Assembly (NCBI GenBank): GCA_951406725.2
Contig: OX597815.1
Location: 66,154,001-66,218,000 of the forward strand
DNA from: Octopus vulgaris
Lineage: Eukaryota
Direction: 5' to 3'
DNA length: 64,000 nt
Shown: positions 28,681-41,783 of the stretch, piece by piece
Numbering within the stretch: the stretch's first letter is position 1
Layout of the letters: each line of letters opens with the position of its first letter
Made by a program: the position numbers and the translations under genes
The notes under the pieces: generated by a model
Databases searched by the model: none
What the model saw: only the letters and a program-made list of their open reading frames with translations
What the model was told of the DNA's origin: nothing

Positions 28681-29367
28681 AACACACATATACGACAGGT
28701 TTCTCTCCATCTACTAAATCCACTCACAAGGCTTTGGTCGGCCCAAGGCAATAGTAGAAAACACTTGCCCAAGGTGCCAGGGCACTTCTAAGATACCACC
28801 AGATGCTGAACGAAAATAAATGAACTGAAACCAGGCTCAATAAAAGGAGCCCAAGTTATTGGCTGAAATTACATACTTGAAGTCAGTGTTAGTAGAAATT
28901 AAATCAGCTTATACCCAAACACCACTGATATATATATATCATTGGGGTGTCAAACCTGAAGTTTACTCTATTAAGTTCATGCACTGAAGCAGGCTATCAG
29001 TGAAATGGTAATCCAGAGATTGTTTGTTATATCAGACATGTTTGAAAATCTGCAAATATTCACAGATTTCTACAAGTATAACCAAGGAGAATAGAGTGAA
29101 CAAGTCTTTTTATTTCATAAATAATAAATAAAAGGACTTGCTCACTCCATTTTCCTTGTTATACATACATACGTATATTCGCCATGATAGATTACTAGCC
29201 ACTAAACCTTTTTCTTTTTATTTTTCCTCTCCCTGTTTATTTCTGTGTTCCTTTCTGTCGAAGAGCATAGGCTCGAAATGTAAAAGACTTTCTCACCTCC
29301 TGAGCATTAAACTAATACATCTGCTTGTTTAAACACCCGTCTTTGTCTTTTTTTTTTTGAAAATTCT

Positions 29368-29416
<49 letters not shown>

Positions 29417-32400
29417 CACACACACACACACACATACACACACACACAAACATATATGATAGGCTTCATAGAGTTTATGGCTATTAAATTCACTCACAAG
29501 GCATTAGTAGGCCTGGGACTTTAGTAGAAGACATTTACTCAAGGCGCTGCACAGTAGGACTGAACCTGAAACCACAAGGTTAAAAGGTGAACATCTTAAC
29601 CTCTCAGCCATGCCTGCACCAATGTTTTAAATGAATTTTCGATTTGGAATGTTGACTTAGTTGCTATTCCATAAAATTTCTTTAATAATAAATTTCCGAT
29701 GAAATAATCTTTTCATCTTTTGCAATTTTTATTTCATTTAATGGAATCTTTCATGTTACATTCACATAGATTTTATATTCAAACAATGTTTTAATCTTCA
29801 AAAGGAAGGTTAAGTATCTAATTGAGTTTATTTCTTTTAAATTGGTAGTTTATTAGGTAGTTTCAGGTGTTCAATCTTTTAGTTTTTTTATTTGTAACAT
29901 TTTAGTAATAGTGTAGCAGCATAAATCTTTAAAAATGTTGATCTAATTTTTGTTAATTTCTTTTATATATTATGGATAAAAGCAACTTTTTTTTTTAATT
30001 TTCTAAGTTAATTGTCTGTAATTTCATTAATAGATACTATAAAAATCTGCAATGGCATCTTATCTTTTATCTTTTATATGTTTCAGTCATTAGACTGGGA
30101 CCATATTGGGGCACCACTTTGACGAACTTTTAGTCAAATGAATCAACCCCAGTATTCTTTTTTTCAAGCCTGAGACTTATTCTATTGATCTCTCTTGCCA
30201 AACAACTAAGTTACAGAGATGTAAACAGACCAATACCCCGTTGTCAAGTAGTGGGGGATAAACACAGACACACACACACATATATACATACATGACGGTC
30301 TTCTTTCAGTTTCCATTTACCAAATCCACTCACAAAACTTTAGTTGGCCAAAGGCTATAGTAGAAGATACTTGCCCAAAATGCCACACAGTGGGACTGAA
30401 CCCAAAACCATGTGGTTGGGAAGCAAGCTTCTTACCACACAACCATTCCTGCACCTATAGCTATAATCTTTAACCATTTCAATACCATATTTCTGTTCAA
30501 ATATACCGCTTTTGTTTCAATTAATTTTCTAAATAATGAAGAATTTAGTAAAATATATTTTCCAGTATTAAGTTGACATTTGGAACATAACTTGAAGTTT
30601 TCAAGGACAGTTTTAATTTATATTACTTTAGAATAGTAAGTTTTAAATTACAGGCAGTCTCAGGCAGTTACGTCTAAACTTTAAATAAATTACGGTGTTA
30701 AAAAAACAGCCTGATGATACCCATTGACCAGGTATGCTGTGTGCTTCCAGTTAATATGATATATATATATATGATTAATGTAATTACAAACAGAAGGGTT
30801 AGAATTAATAGTACCATACCATCAACTTCTTCATCTAAGAATTCTCAACATCATCTTCTTCATCTGAGTACTCTAAGCATCAACTTCACAAAATGGAAAC
30901 AATGACTGATGCTAAAGGTGAAATATGACTAACTTGAGAGCATGAAACAGAATCACTGCAGGGTCTGAACTCATAATATTTTAGTCAATAGGACACATTA
31001 ATCACTTAGGCCACTGCACATTTACACTTAATATAGGGAAAGAAAAAAAGTCTTTGCTCAATGTAGTGTTGATGACGCAAATTTCAAGACCCATAAATCT
31101 CAGAAATCCTTCAGAAAAGTAATTATGTAAATATGTGATATAGATTTTCAGTTAAAAGTAATCCCAATCAACTATCACATTCTGCTATATGAAAGGAATA
31201 TTTATGAATAAGTAGCAAATATAATTAATAGTTTATATTTTGGTGGTTCACCTCACCTACATGCATCAATAACTAGCTCACAGAAACATGGTTTCCTCTC
31301 TCTCTCTCTCTTCTACTACTACAACTACAGTAGCCTTCTCCACACAATGCTACCCAACCAAACTTTCTCTCATCTTACCATCACTGTTACTATTTTGTTT
31401 AATTTCCCACACCACACATAAAACACTTTTCACAGTCCTTCCCCTCCAGAAAAGCAAATCTTTGGATAGGGAAGTCAAATTTTACAACCAGATGCTCTTC
31501 CTGTCACCAACCATTACATGTTTATCCTAAGGGATTTTATAGTCTACAGGTTTTCAAAAGCAGAGAGCAACTGATCATAATGTCACCAAGGAACGCGAAC
31601 ATTCACATTCGTGCATACACACACCACATACATAACAAGCTTCCTGTATTTCCTATCTACCAAACTGACTTGCAAGGCATCAGTAGTTATAATAGATGTT
31701 TACCCAAGGTGCCTACTATACAGTAGATATTTATGTTCAGAGATGAATAATAATAATAATAATAAAAAAAAGCACAATAATACACATGAGTGTAATCTAG
31801 AACCTCCTTCAGTTCCTTTTTCTTGAGGCTACCCTTTCAGGCAAACTCACTGCCTTATAGAGCAAAAACACTAATTTTAATAATAGAATAGAATGAAACA
31901 TTGGAAACTTGAGAATAAAGAAGCCATCATCATTAGCAAGACCAAACAATGTATTAACAACAGAATTGAGCTGCACACAGGCAACTGGCTATTATAGCAA
32001 AGTTATCCTGTGCATGCAAAGTACTTCCTCTATATACATATACACAGTACAGAACAGAAAAGCTAGCTAGCAAGACCAAAACTTCGATCTCCCTGAAATA
32101 TCAAAATAGATGTTAAAATACAGAGCATTCACTTATCTTATTTATAACTTGCATTGTATTGGCTTTTCAAAAACATAAACAATGATACTTCAATGATACC
32201 ATTATGAAATGTCAAATCTATGAGACAGATAATTAAACAGAATAAAGTGATATTTTATGACTAACAAAAAACTGATATAAGTCAGTACAAAAGACTATAG
32301 CCACCACCACCTCCCAGACACACCTCTGTACAAATTGTCCTTGTAACATATCAAAAAAAATCAATATCTTAAAAACATGCCAAGTTATTTAATTCTTTTA

Positions 32401-33627
32401 CTTGTTTCAATTATTGAATTGCAACCATGCTGGGTTGTCAATCAAATTAATTTCTGGACTTAATTTTATAAGTCTAACACTTATTAAATCTGCCTCTTTT
32501 GCTGAACCACAAAGTTATGAAGATTTAAACAAACTAAGACTGGTTGTCAAGCTGTGAAAGGAACAGATGCAAAGACATGCGCACAAACACACATGCATAC
32601 AACACCCTAAGCACTAGGCTGTATACATCCAAATTTAAATGAGTCAAGGAAAAAAGTTTCCAGAGATAAATTTCAAGATTTATTTTCATAAACAAGAAAT
32701 CTATTCTTTAGTGGAGAGGAAAGAGATCCGTGGTCTGTGTCAGGCATTCGAACAATCATCTAAAAGCTACAAGTCTGCTTAATCAGAGATGATTGAGGCT
32801 ACACAATAATGCCCACCCACCAAGCAGGTTTTATGTGCACATGAGTGCACATATACATGTCTGTACATGTATGTATAGCTATTTATGCAGTGAATGCAAT
32901 AGAGTAGATGGGGAGTTCTTTGCAAACATAAATTTATCATCATCATCATCATCATCATCATCATCGTTTAACATCCGTTCTCCATGCTAGCATGGGTTGG
33001 ACGGTTCGACCAGGGATCTGGGAAGCCAGAAGGCTGCCCCAGGCTCCAGTCTTATCTGGCAATGTTTCTACAGCTTGCTGCCCTTCCTAACGCCAACCAC
33101 TCCGTGAGTGTAGTGGGTGCTTTTTATGTGCCACCTGCACAGGTGATAAAAATAATTAATTCCTTTATTGCCCAAGAGGAGCTTAACATAGAGGGGACAA
33201 ACAAGGACAGACAAAGGGATTAAGCCAATTACATCAACCCCAATGCGTAACTGGTTCTTATTTAATCGATCATGAAAGGATGAAAGGCAAAGTCAACCTC
33301 AGCAGAATTTGAACTCAGAACACAAAGACAGACAAAATACTGTTAAGCATTTCACCTGGCTTGCTAACAATTCTGCCAGCTCGTTTGAACATTCACTTTT
33401 ACATGTTTTCATGGATTAGACAGAATTCATTGAGACAGATCTTTTACAGCCAGATGCCTTTCCTGTCACCAACTCTCACTTGTTTAGGAGTAAAGTAATA
33501 TTTTCCAGTGGCTAGACATGTATTTCAAGGAAGGAGATGGATAATGAACATCATCATTTGTATGATATGATGCTTGTTTAGAATCATCACATAATGATAA
33601 GAGAAGGGTACAAACACAAATGCGCGA

Positions 33628-33663
<36 letters not shown>

Positions 33664-34215
33664 CAGGCTTCTTTCAGTTTCTGCTTACTCATAAGGATTT
33701 GGTTGACCTGAAGCTATAATAGAAGACACTCACCCAAGTGGGACCTAACTTAAGATCACATGCTTGGGAAGAAAGATTCTCAACCAGCCAGCCACTCTTG
33801 TGTCTATTTGTGTGTATATAAACAGACAGACATGCACATATATATATATATATATATATATATCATCATCATCATCATCATCATCATCATCGTTTAACGT
33901 CCGCTTTCCATGCTAGCATGGGTTGGACGGTTCAACTGGGGTCTGGCAAGCCCGAAGGCTGCACCAGGCCAGTCAGATCTGGCAGTGTTTCTACAGCTGG
34001 ATGCCCTTCCTAACGCCAACCACTCCGAGAGTGTAGTGGGTGATTTTATGTGCCAGCGATACAGGTGCCAGACGAGGCTGGCAGACGGGCACGCTCGGAT
34101 GGTGTTTGTTACGTGCCCTCAGCACAGAGGCCAGTCGATGCGGTACTGGCTACGGTCACATTCGGATGGTTTTCTTATGTGCCACCGGCACTGGTACCAC
34201 AAGGATACAAATTCC

Positions 34216-34246
<31 letters not shown>

Positions 34247-34277
34247 ATATGATAGGCCACCTATGAATGGTTTAAAT

Positions 34278-34442
34278 CAGTAGTTCTTATCCTTGGTTCA
34301 TATAGCCCTTGTGGGTACATATAATATTTAATTATGAAAATACAGTAGGATTTTTTTATATACAGTGGATGGCCACAGAGGTCCAGTAAAGTAAAACAGG
34401 AATCAAAGTGGTCCATATGCAAAAAATGGTTGAGAACCACTG
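34278..34442. mobile_element. hAT (Charlie-like) MITE
   Basis: Ends CAGTAGTTCTTATCC / GGTTGAGAACCACTG. The 8-bp TSD GTTTAAAT is intact on the left and split on the right by a TTAA element. Confidence 0.75.
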
Positions 34443-34448
34443 GTTTAA

Positions 34449-34669
34449 CCCTTTAGTGATCACATTATTCTGCCAAAATTAATGCTTTTTTATTCACATT
34501 GTTTTGAACTAATCATGCATTATCTTGTAGCTTTGAGATTTTGATGAGGTAGCTGTTAATTTTTAAAACGATATTGTAGGGTTGGTGTGAGAGACCAGAT
34601 CTGGCCAGTTTGAACATAAAACAGGCAGAATACTTTTGGCCGGATATGGCCGGTTTAAATGCTAAAGGG
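34449..34669. mobile_element. TTAA-flanked piggyBac-like MITE
   Basis: TTAA-CCCTTTAG...CTAAAGGG-TTAA. Related decayed copies lie at about 2497-2695 and 26428-26648. Confidence 0.75.
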
Positions 34670-36011
34670 TTAAATAATCAATTGTAGCAGTTTACAGCCA
34701 CAAGCACTTCTATTTTGTGTGGTAAAAGCAATCTTGAGTTTGCCATAGAATATTCAAGCCCCATGACATTATAGCCATTTGTTACTGAACTCTGTGCAAA
34801 ATTCAGCAGCTCGAGCAATGCACCAGCATTGATTTTTGCTTTAAACCGAATAGTTTTATAACTGTGAATAGAGCTTTATTTGATTTTTATTTATTGATTT
34901 CATCTAGAGGAAGAGCAGTTTCAATGGCCTTCATAGACTCACCAAAACCAAGGAGATCAACATGGTTAATATTTTTACTGAATAGTTAACAGCTGCAGGA
35001 AAAATATATTCTTAGGGGGAATTCCAGAAAGATGATGTAGAGGAGAAAATAGACTGGATGTAAATGGATAGTGTAGGGAGTGGAAGGATGGACACAATAT
35101 TGGTGATGAGAAGACAAATGAATTAGGAGTGTCATAACGGAGATGGTTGAAGTTGACCAAAGCCTTGGGTGGATCTGGTAGACAGAAACTGAAGGGAGCT
35201 CATCATATATATGTATGTGTGTGTGTGTGCTGGTCTTGATATTACATAACGGTTCGCAATGAGCTTTACCATCATACAAACAATGTTGCTTGTTATCAGT
35301 CCTCCATAAAAAAACATGTCTAACCAAGGGTAATAAATATTACCTTGCAGTAGGTGAAAGTTGTATCAGGAAGGGCACCTGGTAGTAGAAAAGCTGCCAC
35401 AACAAATTCTGTCTGACCCATAGAATCAAAGAAAAAGTGGACATCAAAATAGTGATGATGATAATATTTTCCTTGAATGCAACAAATGTAAAAACTTTCA
35501 TTAAATCTCTTTCTAAAGGATTATACAGAAACTAGTTAATATGAAATGAAGCATGACATTGGATATCTTACACAAATGTATTGGCCATGTTAGCTTCAAC
35601 TCACTTCAATTCATTTCACTGTTTTCTCTCTCTTTCGTTTTGTGTTCTTGCTTAGTGTAAAAACCAATTTCTCCAAACCCAATAATATAAGTATTTTTGC
35701 TGTTCATGTAATGTTAAGCTTAGCCTAGCAACCATACTCTCTCTCTCTCTCTCTCTCACCCTCTTTGTATATGTCATTTTTCATCATATGTTTGTCTTCC
35801 TTTTATTTTAATTTTAATATTAATCCATAGAACCTTAATTCTTTATAATAATGACATAAAGAATAAAGGGTGGGGAAGGTAAGTGAGGGTCAATAAAGAA
35901 GGGAAAATAAATAAAGCTATATTTTGTACTGCTAAGCTCTTTCATTGCCTTTTTCTTTTCCTTTCTTCCTGTTGTATGTTTCCCTTTTAGGTTATTCCTA
36001 CTGCCATCTAT

Positions 36012-36065
<54 letters not shown>

Positions 36066-36413
36066 ATATATATATATATATACACCTACCTACCTAATTA
36101 TCTATCAACCTATATCTAAAGAGTCAGCAACCTATTTATCCATCTTGCTGTTTATATCTAGCTATCTAACTACATACCACATTACATATCTATATGTATC
36201 TATTTACTCGTAACTAAGAAGCTAACTCGGCATCAATCTCCTCACAGTTTATATCTATTTTTCTATCTATCTACATCTCTTTCTAACTACATCTCTATCT
36301 ATCTCTTTGTTTCTCTTCTATTCAATAAATGTCTTCTGTTCAATTACAGGCTCTTATAACATTAAGCTAGAGTGTGATTTGTTTTCCTTGTATTGATCTA
36401 TATCAGAACTTAC

Positions 36414-36434
36414 TTCAGACCACCACAACTCACC
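36414..36434 (-). other. Candidate 21-nt microexon in EXT2 intron
   Basis: Minus strand: U-rich tract ...tgtctgcctttcAG|GGTGAGTTGTGGTGGTCTGAA|GTAAGT. Length is 21 nt and it is open in the phase-2 frame of EXT2. Confidence 0.45.
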
Positions 36435-37302
36435 CTGAAAGGCAGACACAACAACATTACAATAAAAGAACAGGTTAAATAAAAAGATTAAACTGCCACG
36501 TTGAACTCCTTTAAATATGTCACCTTCCACCTAGGTATCAGTTAAAACAGCTGGGAATTGTTATGTTGTACACACATAAATATGCATACACATGAGTGCA
36601 CACACACATGCACACAAACAAAAACCAAAAGAAATAACATCAAATAAGGCAGTTTCTAGTTCAGTGAACAAGGCAGAACTTTAAAAGTACCTGATACTTT
36701 AAACATTCAATTGATACACTTCTAGAAACTTCTGTTCTTCAGCTCCTTACTGTTGCTAAATAATCAATATATAACCACAACTATCACTACACACACACAT
36801 ACACCACTAAAGACACATCTATGAAAGAGAATTATTTACTGTCATTTAATATATATTTTATTTCTTTACACCTTTTCCTTATATTTCCTTTCAATTGTTG
36901 TTAGTTACAATAGCTTTCACCATCTTTTATTTTTATTTTTCATATCTATTACATTTATTTTTATTTTCTTCATTTCCTAAATATATATATATATATTTAC
37001 AAATTGGAAGCAAATGTTCTGGTTTAGAAGTGTTCCAGAATTAGCAAATACTAGTAATAAGTTTGGAGCACATAGTTCTGTCTAGACTGGTAGGGTTAGC
37101 AAGCCTTTTATATCATTCACCTATTGATAGAATCAGTGAAACCTTATTGTAATTCCATCCAGCAGCATGTAAATTTCTAAAATAAAATTAAAAAGTATCA
37201 TTAATAAAAAAATTTCTTGATTTAAAAACAATAATTCCTTTTTTCCACCATGGTATTATGACATTTTAATAAGAAATATTTAAGGTGATTAATGAAAAAT
37301 GG

Positions 37303-37710
37303 GTGCAGGTGTGGGGAAAGAAGGTTACTTCCCAGCCACATAATTCTGGGTTCTGTTCCATTATGCGGCACTTTGGGCAAGCATCTTCAACTATAGCCTA
37401 GTGCCAACCAAAGCCTTGTGAATTGATTTGGAAGACAGAAAACTGAAAGAAACCCATTGTATGTGTGCGTGCGTGTGTGTGTGTGTGTGTGTGTTCACTT
37501 TGTGCTTGTGCGCCCCATTATCACTTGACAACTGGTGTTGGTTTGTTTACATCCCCATAACTTAGCAGTTTAGCAAAAGATGACTGATCGAATAAGCACC
37601 AGGCTTTAACAAATTAGTACTGGGATTAATTTGTTCAACTAAACCCTTGAAGATGGTGCCTCAGCCTGGCCACAATTCCGAGACTGAAACAAATAAAAGA
37701 TAAAAAGATA
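37303..37710 (+). mobile_element. tRNA-derived CORE-like SINE with internal (GT)n and CR1-like tail (representative copy)
   Basis: Head GCAGGTGTGG...GGTTC, then GGCACTTTGGGCAAG...CTATAGCC...CCAAAGCCTTGTGA and tail ...ACTGAAACAAATAAAAGA. Other copies lie at about 425-730, 28412-28780, 30060-30455 and 55605-55960 (all minus). Confidence 0.8.
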
Positions 37711-39692
37711 ATGAAATTCATAAAGAACAATAAAAATTCAATCTAATAATATTGATATAGTTGGAATATTTAATATGTGTTTGGTGAGCACTACTTATCT
37801 CATTGATATTTGGCTGGAAATTAGTGAGTTTTGGCCTTTTATTACCTACTCTCTTCAAGATTCACTTCACTAATAATTCAGCATCCTTAATGCTCAAAAT
37901 TGCTTCAGGCATTTATTGACCGATTGAAGTCAATACTAACTATCTGCAAGCCCTAAGTCTAAACCTTCATAGTCTTTTTGTTACATAACTGGTCAACCCT
38001 TTGATGGCAACAAACTCAAAATCAACCCTGGTTCTACAACATAAATCTCATGTTTTTAAAATTATCTAAATTAGAACATTCCATTAAAATTTCATGTTAA
38101 TTTATATCCCAAACATTAGCTTAATAATGAGAAAGTTATTTTAATAAATGTTTCATTATTTTCACAATGAATTGAAAGAAAGGTAGTGTATTTTAACAGA
38201 AACAATGTGACACAAGGATTAAATGAATAAGCCAACAGGCTAAAAAAGAAGTAATGACCAAGGTAGAAAACTGTCAAACTGATCAGGCTTCTTTTGGTTA
38301 CAGTCTTCCAAATCCATCCAGAAAGCTTTGGTCATCCCAGGCTTACAGTAGAAGACACTTACTTGCCCAAGGTGCAATGCAGTGAGATTGAATTTGAAAC
38401 CACATGGTCAGGAAACCAATTTCTTAACCATGCATTTATACTTGAACTAAATCTCTTTTCAATTATCTAGTTATGGATTTTTGATTGAGACTTACAGGTA
38501 GACAAAGGTACAAGTAGGTCAAATGTCTAAAATCATTGATCTTAAAGCTGTTAAAACCAGCTGTTGAATATTCTTTAGTCAATGATGTAACAGTATATTA
38601 TCCTTACAGCAAGTCGATATCATAATGCTTCAGTTATTACATGTTGTTACAAACATGGGAAACATTTTAAGTTAAGCAAATACTTACTCAATATTATATT
38701 GAACAACTGGTTTCATGATCATCATTTAACATTTGTGTTCCATACTGATATGGGTTGGACAGTTTGACAGGATCTAACAGATCCAAGAATTGAATCATGC
38801 CCCCGTATCTACTCTGGCATAGTTTCTAAGGCTGGATGCCCTTCCTAATACCAAACACATAACAACAAGTACTGAGTCGATTTACTTGACTAAACGTTCG
38901 AGGTGGTGTCCCAGCATCGTCACAGTCTAATGACTGAAACAAGTAAAAGATAAAAGATAAATAGCTAAAATATCAGCATCACTTAATAAACTTCTTTTTA
39001 ACATTCTGAGTTCAAATTCTGCTATGGTCCTTCTTTTAAGGTTGATAAAATAAAGTACACCTAAAGTCCTGAAGTCAATGTAACTGACCTACCCGTCCTC
39101 TCAAAAATGCAAATCTTGTATCAAAATTATTATTATTAATGCATCATTATCATTATTGAAGATGAAAGAAAAAATGTTTAAACAAAATGATTGGTACAGG
39201 ATAATGAATAAAATCAGGAATCATAATGGATAGATAGAAGGAAGAAGAGACAGACAGCAAAAGAAGAACAATACAGAAAAAGAAGCTAAGCAAGCCAATT
39301 AGACATACAGAGAGCAGTGTGGATAAAGACAGAAAAGAAAGGAGGGAGAATAACAAAAGAGAATGAGAAACAGTAAAGAAAGAGGGAGGGAGGTGAGTAA
39401 TAGTTGCTGCTGCTGATGAATTATCTACATTCAAGGAATTTCATCAATGGTGTATATGTGGGGGAGGATGATGTCAATCAGGGATATAGCATTCAGATTA
39501 AGTATTCGTGTAGGTGTTGTTCTTGTTTAGCTCAAAGTAGGCCATGCAGAAGAGCTTTAATCAAAGGCATTCCAGTCATGGCCATCTAGTCTTTTATGTT
39601 CCAAACAGACACTACACTGGACTACATTGTACTTCTTTTATAAAGCAGTAAGGTATAATTTGAGAAAGATTTCGCAGTAAATTTTTTTTATT

Positions 39693-41783
39693 ACACTCAT
39701 TTACAACTATCATGTGATTGTTAAAATAAGTTAAAATAAGGCATGCACACACACACATGATGGGCTCTTTTTAGTTTCCATCTACCAAAACAACTCACAA
39801 GGCTTTTGTCAGCCTGGGGCTATAGAAGACACCTGCCCTAAGTGCCATACAGGTGAACCTAAAAGCATGTGATTGGGAAGCAAGTTTCTTAACTACACAA
39901 CCATACCTGCATCTGTTCCAAACAATTCAATAGACCTTACCATAAAAAAAAAAAACAATGAAAGAAAAGTATTATAATTACTTCATTTCATCTAGATAAG
40001 ACTTTGAAGGTTTTTTGGAAAGATAATGAACCTTGGAATTGTTTCTAAATGTAACATACAACATTAGTAATCTCTGATTGGTAGTCTTTCAGACTAGCTA
40101 CCACTGCCTCATGGAGAAAAAAGAGCGAGGAATTGGGTGATTGTTTCTTCCAAGAAATTTTGTTCTAAAAAATTTATTTATTTTACATTTTTGCCTTCAA
40201 ATTCTGTTCCCTTTTCCAATATATTTTAACTATTATACCCTTGATTTTACTGCTATTTCTCGCACATCAAACGACCACTTTGAGGCTGCTTCATTAACTC
40301 ACGATGTGTGTGTTGTGTATGGATGTGCATGTAATACTTAATCAATCAAAAATGTTAATTGGTGATGGCAGTATGAAGAACTGAAATACACAGCAATTAA
40401 ACAAGACGTACTCCCTCAATCTCTTCACCCCACCCTCAATAACAGAATGGACTCCCTGGATTGACTGTTTAAATATAATTTTAGTAGAAACACTTTATTT
40501 CTGTTAGACGGACTCATCACTTGTCACAGGATAAAAGGAAAATGAGACAGCAATTTAAAGAAATTACCAAAAATAAAAACTTGGGAAACACATACACACA
40601 ATTCTGTGTCTGCCTAAAATGGCTGGTTTGGCAAAAAGATACAAACCACAACACAGGTGCAGGCATGGCTGCATTGTTAGGAAGTTTGCTTTCTGGCTAC
40701 ATGGTTTTAAGTTCTGACCAACTGCATAATACTTTGGACAAGTGACTTCTACTATAGCCATATCTCAACCACAGCCTCATGAGTGGATTTGGTAGATAGA
40801 AACTGAAAGTAGTCTGTTGTATATATGTGTGTGTGTGTGTGTCTGAATATTTATATTAGTGTCTCTATGTCTTGACATCACATGATAATTGTAAATGAGC
40901 ATCACTGTCAAACAAGCAGTGTTATTTATTTCTAGTATTCCTTGCCATGGAGAAATAATATCACCTTGCTTAGAAACAGGTAAGAACAGACAACAAGAAG
41001 GGCCTCTAATCATGGAAAATCTGCCTTAATAAAACCTCATCAGCCCCATGCAAGCATGCAAAAGTAGACATTATAATGATGATGTTGATCATCACAAGTA
41101 TAACATACACACATATTAGTTTCAAACTTTGGCACAAGGCCAGCAGTTTTGGGGGATAGGCTAAACCAATTAAATCAACCCCAATGATCAACTGGTACTT
41201 ATTTTATCAATCCCAAAAGAATGAAAAACAAAGTCAACCTCAGCAAAATTGGAACTCAATGTAACGTCACAAATGAAATGTCACTAAGCATCTTACCTGA
41301 CATGCTAATAATTCTACCAGCTTGCCATCTTAGCACACACACACAAATTGAAAGCAAGATGATAAAAAAAATTTTATGGGGATATTTTATCAAAAACATT
41401 GATATTTCCTTACTAATGCTAGAAACAATTCCAAGGTTCATTATCTTTCCAAAATCCTTCAAAGTCTTATCTAGATGAAATGAGGTAATTATAATACTTT
41501 TCTTTCATTGTTTTTTTTTTTTATGGTAAGGTCTATTGGATTGTTTGGAACAGATGCAGGTATGGCTGTGTAGTTAAGAAACTTGCTTCCCAATCACATG
41601 CTTTTAGGTTCACCTGTATGGCACTTAGGGCAAGTGTCTTCTATAGCCCCAGGCTGACAAAGACCTTGTGAGTTGTTTTGGTAGATGGAAACTAAAAGGA
41701 GCCCATCATGTGTGTGTGTGTGTGTGTGCGCACGTGCACGCACACCTTATTTTAAAAATCACATGATAATTGTAAATGAGTGT
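39693..41783. repeat. Inverted duplication, arms 39693-40047 and 41420-41783
   Basis: Arms are highly similar reverse complements and include both a SINE head and about 135 bp of its non-SINE flank. Confidence 0.92.
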
